This document shows positions 58,799 through 64,000 of a DNA stretch of 64,000 bases, piece after piece; the stretch's first letter is position 1, and each line of letters starts with the position of its first letter. The position numbers and the translations under genes were made by a program. The notes under the pieces were generated by a model. That model ran no database searches. It had not been told where the DNA came from and was given only the letters and a program-made list of their open reading frames with translations. The stretch is taken from assembly GCA_049325595.1 (NCBI GenBank), contig JBMOLF010000012.1, positions 1-64,000 on the forward strand. Direction: 5' to 3'. Source of the DNA: Candidatus Babelota bacterium. Its GTDB lineage: Bacteria > Babelota > Babeliae > Babelales > Vermiphilaceae.

Positions 58799-59509
58799 TT
58801 ACACAACTTCTAGTTGAATTGTTTTTAAGTTATCAGTTAGAGAATAAATAAATGTTCCTGCTAAGGGTCGCTGATTTACCACTCTACATTCCCGACACAT
58901 ATGTCCGGGTGATACGGGGTATCGATGAATAATAGTTGGCTTAAGAGAGTGTTTTTGTAAAAATTCGATTACCTCATCTACTGGTTTTCCACAAAAGCTT
59001 GGCCAAATGTAGGGCTTTTTGTTTCCATCGGATAAGAAAATAATTACCACTTTGTTATCTAAAGGTTGTCCACCTGCAGGTGATTGGCCAATACATATAT
59101 TATAAGGGGCTTTGCTTGGTAGATAATAATGCTTATATCTTATTTTTTCTGCTTGTAATACCGATATTATTTCATTAAATGATTTGTCGATTAATTGGGG
59201 TACCCTGATAACCGGTGGTTTTAATGAGGTGATGCAGTAAATAGTTTGATTTGCTTTAATAGAACTATCAGGTAAAGGATTTTGAGATAATATAGTACCT
59301 TCAGGTAAATCGCTATCTTCTTTATGACCTACCAGTTTAAGGTGTAGTTTGGTAGATGAAAGACTTTGTAGCGCATCATGAGTTGATTTACCTATTATAT
59401 TAGGAACCGTTAACTGGGGGGCTGGATACAACAGACTCATCAGATAATAGCCGCTTGCAAAAACGGTAAATGGAATAATCCAAAGTAAATTTTTTAGTGT
59501 GTAATTCAT
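58799..59509 (-). CDS. PASTA domain-containing membrane protein
   Basis: Start MNYTLK; TM, then VPNIIGKS...EGTILSQNP, VPQLIDK...QSP, WPSFCGK...QRP. Confidence 0.85.
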   Translation of the reverse strand: MNYTLKNLLWIIPFTVFASGYYLMSLLYPAPQLTVPNIIGKSTHDALQSLSSTKLHLKLVGHKEDSDLPEGTILSQNPLPDSSIKANQTIYCITSLKPPVIRVPQLIDKSFNEIISVLQAEKIRYKHYYLPSKAPYNICIGQSPAGGQPLDNKVVIIFLSDGNKKPYIWPSFCGKPVDEVIEFLQKHSLKPTIIHRYPVSPGHMCRECRVVNQRPLAGTFIYSLTDNLKTIQLEVV

Positions 59510-59532
59510 GATGTCCTGAAAAAATCTTTGGG

Positions 59533-59888
59533 AAAGGCAAACAATAAGCCGGATTCTGTACTTTGAAAAAGTTGGCAACCATTTATCTAAGCGACATACC
59601 CGCATGTTTAACCGGAACGAATAACCATACATGCCTATTTTGTCTTGCTCCAGGCAGGGTTTGCCCGTAATGATAATTTGCATTACCATACCGGGTGCTC
59701 TTACCACCCGTTTTCACCCTTACCATTCTGGGTTAAGAATGGCGGTTATTTTCTGTGGCACTTTCCATAGACTTACATCTTCCTGACTTGAGTTGCCTCT
59801 TATCAGGTGCCTTGTTCGTTAGGAGTCCGGACTTTCCTCTAAATATGCATTTGTACCTACATATATAGCGATTGCCTTGTTTGCCTTT
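59533..59888 (-). ncRNA. rnpB: RNase P RNA
   Basis: Minus strand GAGGAAAGTCCGGACT, GAAAGTGCCACAGAAAA, GGAGCAAG, ACAGAATCCGGCTTAT; ends pair (GGCAAACA/TGTTTGCC). Confidence 0.95.
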
Positions 59889-60335
59889 TTATTTATATAT
59901 CAAAGAGAAAATTAACATTACAACTAGTGTAACAGGAATAGGCAAAAAAGTGTAGGAGAAGCATTGCAAGTTATTATGAAAATAAAATGCTTGTATTATA
60001 CAAAAAAATGCAAGACTTAAGCAAGCCAAAGCATAGTGAATTAAAAGGTGATTATCAAGATGTCTTTGTGATTTAATACTAAAAAAAATAATGGGTAAAA
60101 GATAGATAAATGCTAATAAAAGTCGGCCTTGGTAAAAAAAATTAATAAGTAATATTAATACTATGTTAAGTATTAAAGGAAATAGCGAAAAATAAGGAAG
60201 CGTATATAATACAAAAAAACCAAGCTGACTATATACCATAGGTTTTTCAAAAAATGCAAACGTCGTCACATCAAGCAAGAAAAAAAATAGTAATGCAAGA
60301 TAATATATAGCAATTCTTTTTTTTGCTTGGGTCAT
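59889..60335 (-). CDS. small multi-pass membrane protein
   Basis: GAGGAGG RBS, very hydrophobic 148 aa. Confidence 0.65.
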   Translation of the reverse strand: MTQAKKRIAIYYLALLFFFLLDVTTFAFFEKPMVYSQLGFFVLYTLPYFSLFPLILNIVLILLINFFYQGRLLLAFIYLLPIIFFSIKSQRHLDNHLLIHYALACLSLAFFCIIQAFYFHNNLQCFSYTFLPIPVTLVVMLIFSLIYK

Positions 60336-60383
60336 AAGAAATCCTCCTCATAAACACATCATCATGTTATTAAATTATATTAT

Positions 60384-60815
60384 CTAAATATCTTGGGAAG
60401 TATTCTCTTTTTTTTCTAATAGAAGCGAATTAGATAATGATATAGTATAAGGAGGTTTCCACGTCGGCATGGTAAAATTGATTAACGTATCGAGTTGGTC
60501 TATATTTTGAGGACGCGCGTTAGCTCTTTTAGCTTTATAATTAATAGGTTTTTGGACCAAAGCATTTTCTGCTGATAATTCTGCGATATTTATAATAGGT
60601 ATTTGATATTCATCATAATGGAACCGCAATCCACCACATATACAAATGGCTAATATTTTTTGATGATTTGGATTATTTTCTAATAAGGTTTGAATAAATT
60701 GATTGTTGTGAATGCAATTACAATAATTTTGCTGTTCTTGATCATAAAAAAAATATTTTTTTTCATTTGACCATAGTAAGTTTTGAAAAGTTATTAAGAA
60801 GATAATAAAAATCAT
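60384..60815 (-). CDS. hypothetical protein
   Basis: 143-aa ORF with hydrophobic N-terminus. Confidence 0.5.
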   Translation of the reverse strand: MIFIIFLITFQNLLWSNEKKYFFYDQEQQNYCNCIHNNQFIQTLLENNPNHQKILAICICGGLRFHYDEYQIPIINIAELSAENALVQKPINYKAKRANARPQNIDQLDTLINFTMPTWKPPYTISLSNSLLLEKKENTSQDI

Positions 60816-60948
60816 TAGTTAATCATTTTAAAAATCCTAATTTTTATTGTTTACTATTTTATTTTTTTGGTCATTAAATCAATTGATTATAGAAATTATT
60901 CTCTTTATATTAAAAACACGCATAATTTATAGAAAATTTGAACAGCAT

Positions 60949-62835
60949 ATGATAATCAAAAAAATATTTTATTTCTTTAGTATTAGCCTTTTTCTTTTTA
61001 TATGTTTGGCATCTGGTGCAGTTTTTTTTATTATGCATAATCAAACTATAGATTTTTCATCATTAGCTCACCAAGATGTAGGGTTACCATCAATTATGCT
61101 TGACGATGAAGGTGTTGAAATTGCTCGATTTGCGCTTGATAAGCGTGCGCCTATTACCTATCAACAACTACCCAAACATTTAGTTTATGCATTTGTGGCA
61201 GCCGAAGATTGGAGTTTTTTTTCTCACGTTGGTATTTCGTGGAAAGGGATTATTCGTTCAATCTTGGTAAATATCTATCACGGCAAAAAGGTACAAGGTG
61301 CCAGTACTATTACGCAACAACTCATAAAATTATTATTTTTAAATTCTCAAAAAAAATGGACGCGTAAAATAAAAGAACAACTTTTTGCGCTTATCGTAGA
61401 ACAACAGTTTACTAAAGAACAAATATTAGAGACTTACTTAAATAATGTATATTTTGGGTATGGTATTTATGGAGTAGAAGCAGCCTCACAGCGCTTATGG
61501 GGTAAAAGTTGTGGCGATTTAACACTCGATGAATCGGCTGTGCTTGCGGCAATCATACGGTCTCCAGGAAATTACAACCCCTTTGTGTATCCACTTTCAA
61601 CTCAACGAAGAAGAAATCTTATCTTGGGTCAAATGAAAAAATTACAATTTATTTCACCAGAAGAATATGAACAAGCAGTTACTACTCCTTTACAGATTAC
61701 TCATACAGCAAATGAGCAAAATGCCCCCTATGCCATACAAATTATAAGTGCCCAAGTTGAGCGTTTGGTTGGCAAGCATCAATTGTACAGTGGTGGATTA
61801 GTAATTCAAACGACGCTTAATAAAAAAATGCAAAAAGATGCTGAACAAAGCTTTCAAGAACATATTGCAAGGCTTAAACAAAAAATGATGCCTGAAATTG
61901 ATGGTGCTTTAATAAGTATGTCGGTAAAAACAGGCGAAATAAAAGCATTAATTGGTGGCACATCTTACGCACAATCAAAATTCAATCGTGCATGGCATGC
62001 AAAACGACAACTAGGGTCTATTTTTAAAGCGTTAATTTATAGTGCTGCTATAGAACAAAATGCTCACTTTTTTAATACTGAAGTTGATGAGCCGTTAGAA
62101 ATAAAGTCGCATGGAACAGTGTGGCGACCAAGAAATTATAATTTACAGTTTGATGGTCAAATGACATTAGCTCATGCTTTATCATATTCTAATAACATTG
62201 TTGCAATAAAAACCTTATTAAAAGTTGGTGCTGAAAATGTTATCGAGTTAGCACGACAATGTGGTATTACTGCACCTATGTATCCGTTCCCTTCATTAGC
62301 ACTTGGATGCGTTGATACGACTTTAAAAGAAGCAGTAGGTATGCTTAATGTTTTTGCAAATGATGGATTGTATCAAGAACCACATCTGATTAAATGGATT
62401 AAAAATAAATGGGGAACAAAAATATTTGTCCAATCTCATACATCAAAACGAGTGGTAAGTTCCCAAGTGGCAGGACAAGTAAATAAAGTATTACAATTAA
62501 GCTTTGAACGGTATCGCAAAATTTCTGGCTCGAATTTACCAACACAGGTGATTAGTAAAACAGGAACAACAAATGAATCACGCACCTGTTGGTTTATTGG
62601 TGCTACACCAGAATTGATAACAGGATTATATATTGGGTGTGATGATAATCGATCTATGGGAGAAAATGTATTCCCCTTACGCACTGCTTTTCCTATTTGG
62701 ATATCATTTAACAGAAAGTGCGCAATTAACACACCACAATTTGATCTGAATCCTAATTTAAAAGAAATTCGCATTAATGAATGGACTGGTCAATTAGCAC
62801 TGTCGCACGAAAAAGGGATTGCGATTTTAGTATGA
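60949..62835 (+). CDS. class A penicillin-binding protein (PBP1A family)
   Basis: AAEDWSFFSHVG, QGASTITQQL, YLNNVYFG, RQLGSIFK, SNN, KTGTTN. Confidence 0.93.
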   Translation: MIIKKIFYFFSISLFLFICLASGAVFFIMHNQTIDFSSLAHQDVGLPSIMLDDEGVEIARFALDKRAPITYQQLPKHLVYAFVAAEDWSFFSHVGISWKGIIRSILVNIYHGKKVQGASTITQQLIKLLFLNSQKKWTRKIKEQLFALIVEQQFTKEQILETYLNNVYFGYGIYGVEAASQRLWGKSCGDLTLDESAVLAAIIRSPGNYNPFVYPLSTQRRRNLILGQMKKLQFISPEEYEQAVTTPLQITHTANEQNAPYAIQIISAQVERLVGKHQLYSGGLVIQTTLNKKMQKDAEQSFQEHIARLKQKMMPEIDGALISMSVKTGEIKALIGGTSYAQSKFNRAWHAKRQLGSIFKALIYSAAIEQNAHFFNTEVDEPLEIKSHGTVWRPRNYNLQFDGQMTLAHALSYSNNIVAIKTLLKVGAENVIELARQCGITAPMYPFPSLALGCVDTTLKEAVGMLNVFANDGLYQEPHLIKWIKNKWGTKIFVQSHTSKRVVSSQVAGQVNKVLQLSFERYRKISGSNLPTQVISKTGTTNESRTCWFIGATPELITGLYIGCDDNRSMGENVFPLRTAFPIWISFNRKCAINTPQFDLNPNLKEIRINEWTGQLALSHEKGIAILV

Positions 62836-63663
62836 GTCTTTTTGTTTTGAATTAACATAGTTGTTAATATTCTGAATATGCCAATGAGCTGTCCAAATAG
62901 GATCAATACTATGCTTTCTGTACAAATTTACCTGATATGTTGCTACTTTACGATCAAGCGTAGGACGCATTATATGCCTTTTTCGATCCTGATCAACTAG
63001 GTAGCTTAACACATCAGCACGATTATTTTTTTCAATGAGTTGTGCGGCTATATGGTCAGCTTCTTTTTCTAGCTCATTTACATAGTAGGTTAAAAGTTTT
63101 TTTGCATGATAAGAAAAAAAGTTATTGCAAAAGATGCTAGCGCAGGATGCACAGGCAACAATGAAATTCAATGAATTTTTTGGTGAACGAGAGGCAAAAG
63201 CAGCACCAATTATTCCTAAAACAGTTCCGATATTTGATGATTGTTCTGCTAAATGAGTTGCAACTGAACGTTTATAAGAATGATTGAATGCATAATGAAC
63301 TGCTTCATGTACGGCAATATAGTAGGATAAGGCGTTATTCATGCCCTGGTTATGTAGTAACCAAATACCATGTGATGTGGCGCAGCCATTTACTTGTAAT
63401 TCTTTATGAGCTTGTAGCGATAATTTTTTAACCGATACATTTTGGTAATTTTTTTTACCTAATTGTTCGAGTACTTGTTTTATTAAATCAATTCGCCATG
63501 CATCAGCTTCTTCAGTGCCAAGATATTGAGCTTCTTGTTCAAATGTAGAACAATGATTTGAATTTTTGTTTGTTGTTTTATCATGCGGGACTATCTTTGT
63601 TGTAAAGATAAAGCTTAGATAAAATAAATAAACTGAACTCAAAATAATCCCGCGCATATTCAT
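62827..63663 (-). CDS. M48-like zinc metalloprotease
   Basis: HEAVH (HExxH), hydrophobic segments, then EKEAD; likely start 63663 or 63657. Confidence 0.7.
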   Translation of the reverse strand: MNMRGIILSSVYLFYLSFIFTTKIVPHDKTTNKNSNHCSTFEQEAQYLGTEEADAWRIDLIKQVLEQLGKKNYQNVSVKKLSLQAHKELQVNGCATSHGIWLLHNQGMNNALSYYIAVHEAVHYAFNHSYKRSVATHLAEQSSNIGTVLGIIGAAFASRSPKNSLNFIVACASCASIFCNNFFSYHAKKLLTYYVNELEKEADHIAAQLIEKNNRADVLSYLVDQDRKRHIMRPTLDRKVATYQVNLYRKHSIDPIWTAHWHIQNINNYVNSKQKDSY

Positions 63664-63667
63664 ATTA

Positions 63668-64000
63668 TTAGCAACAACAATTGTCCAACATATTTTTGCA
63701 GGATTTAACGCATTCGGTACAAAGATTAATGCATGAAATACATGCTTGAGCACAATCTTCTTTGCCGCCACGACAGCTATCAATCATTTCTTGAATATGA
63801 TCGATACAGGCATGACAAGTTTTAATGCAATGCTCAGCTGCTGCAATGCATTCAGGATCAGCACATTCTTGCAAGTGTGCGCTACAATGTTTAATGCATG
63901 CATGGCAGGCTTCAATTGCTTCATTTCCTGCAACAACAGTTAAAGCAAGTTGTTTGGCACATTTTGTTTCTTCACTCACTGGCGCACATAAAGGAATTAA
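63668..64000 (-). CDS. cysteine-rich four-helix bundle copper-storage-like protein (5' partial)
   Basis: Repeated CxxCxxxC; reading frame stays open to the window edge. Confidence 0.75.
   Translation of the reverse strand, partial: LIPLCAPVSEETKCAKQLALTVVAGNEAIEACHACIKHCSAHLQECADPECIAAAEHCIKTCHACIDHIQEMIDSCRGGKEDCAQACISCINLCTECVKSCKNMLDNCCC

Noticed and set aside
59510..59707. 66-aa N-terminal extension of the PASTA ORF
   Set aside because: Overlaps RNase P RNA; real start is likely 59509

Overview
AT-rich bacterial chromosome segment. Many short signal-peptide-bearing orphan paralog families and eukaryote-like domains lie among housekeeping genes (pheT, lspA, pgpA, comF, sbcD, glmU, mreB, rsmA, uppS, gpsA, upp, PBP1A, tRNA-Ser(CGA), rnpB). 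This pattern suggests a protist-associated intracellular bacterium such as Candidatus Dependentiae/TM6 (inference, not verified). The most notable element is a polymorphic toxin locus at 1640-8953. It consists of a 1167-aa signal-peptide protein with an unrecognised body and a C-terminal bacterial EndoU-type RNase domain, seven paralogous mosaic immunity-like genes, and two unannotated, inactivated orphan toxin C-termini in a duplicated ~1.7-kb unit. Other notable items: an unannotated His-rich leader peptide upstream of a sodium:solute symporter; three signal-peptide AAA+ ATPases followed by six related two-TM-hairpin proteins; a recurrent Met directly after signal peptides; secreted GNAT, HAD-like and BC-box/WD40 candidates; a GC-rich palindromic element fused to the tRNA 3' end; and split Ku/ligase NHEJ genes. 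No CRISPR array, integrase, transposase or rRNA was seen. All calls are from manual motif reading, with no database searches.
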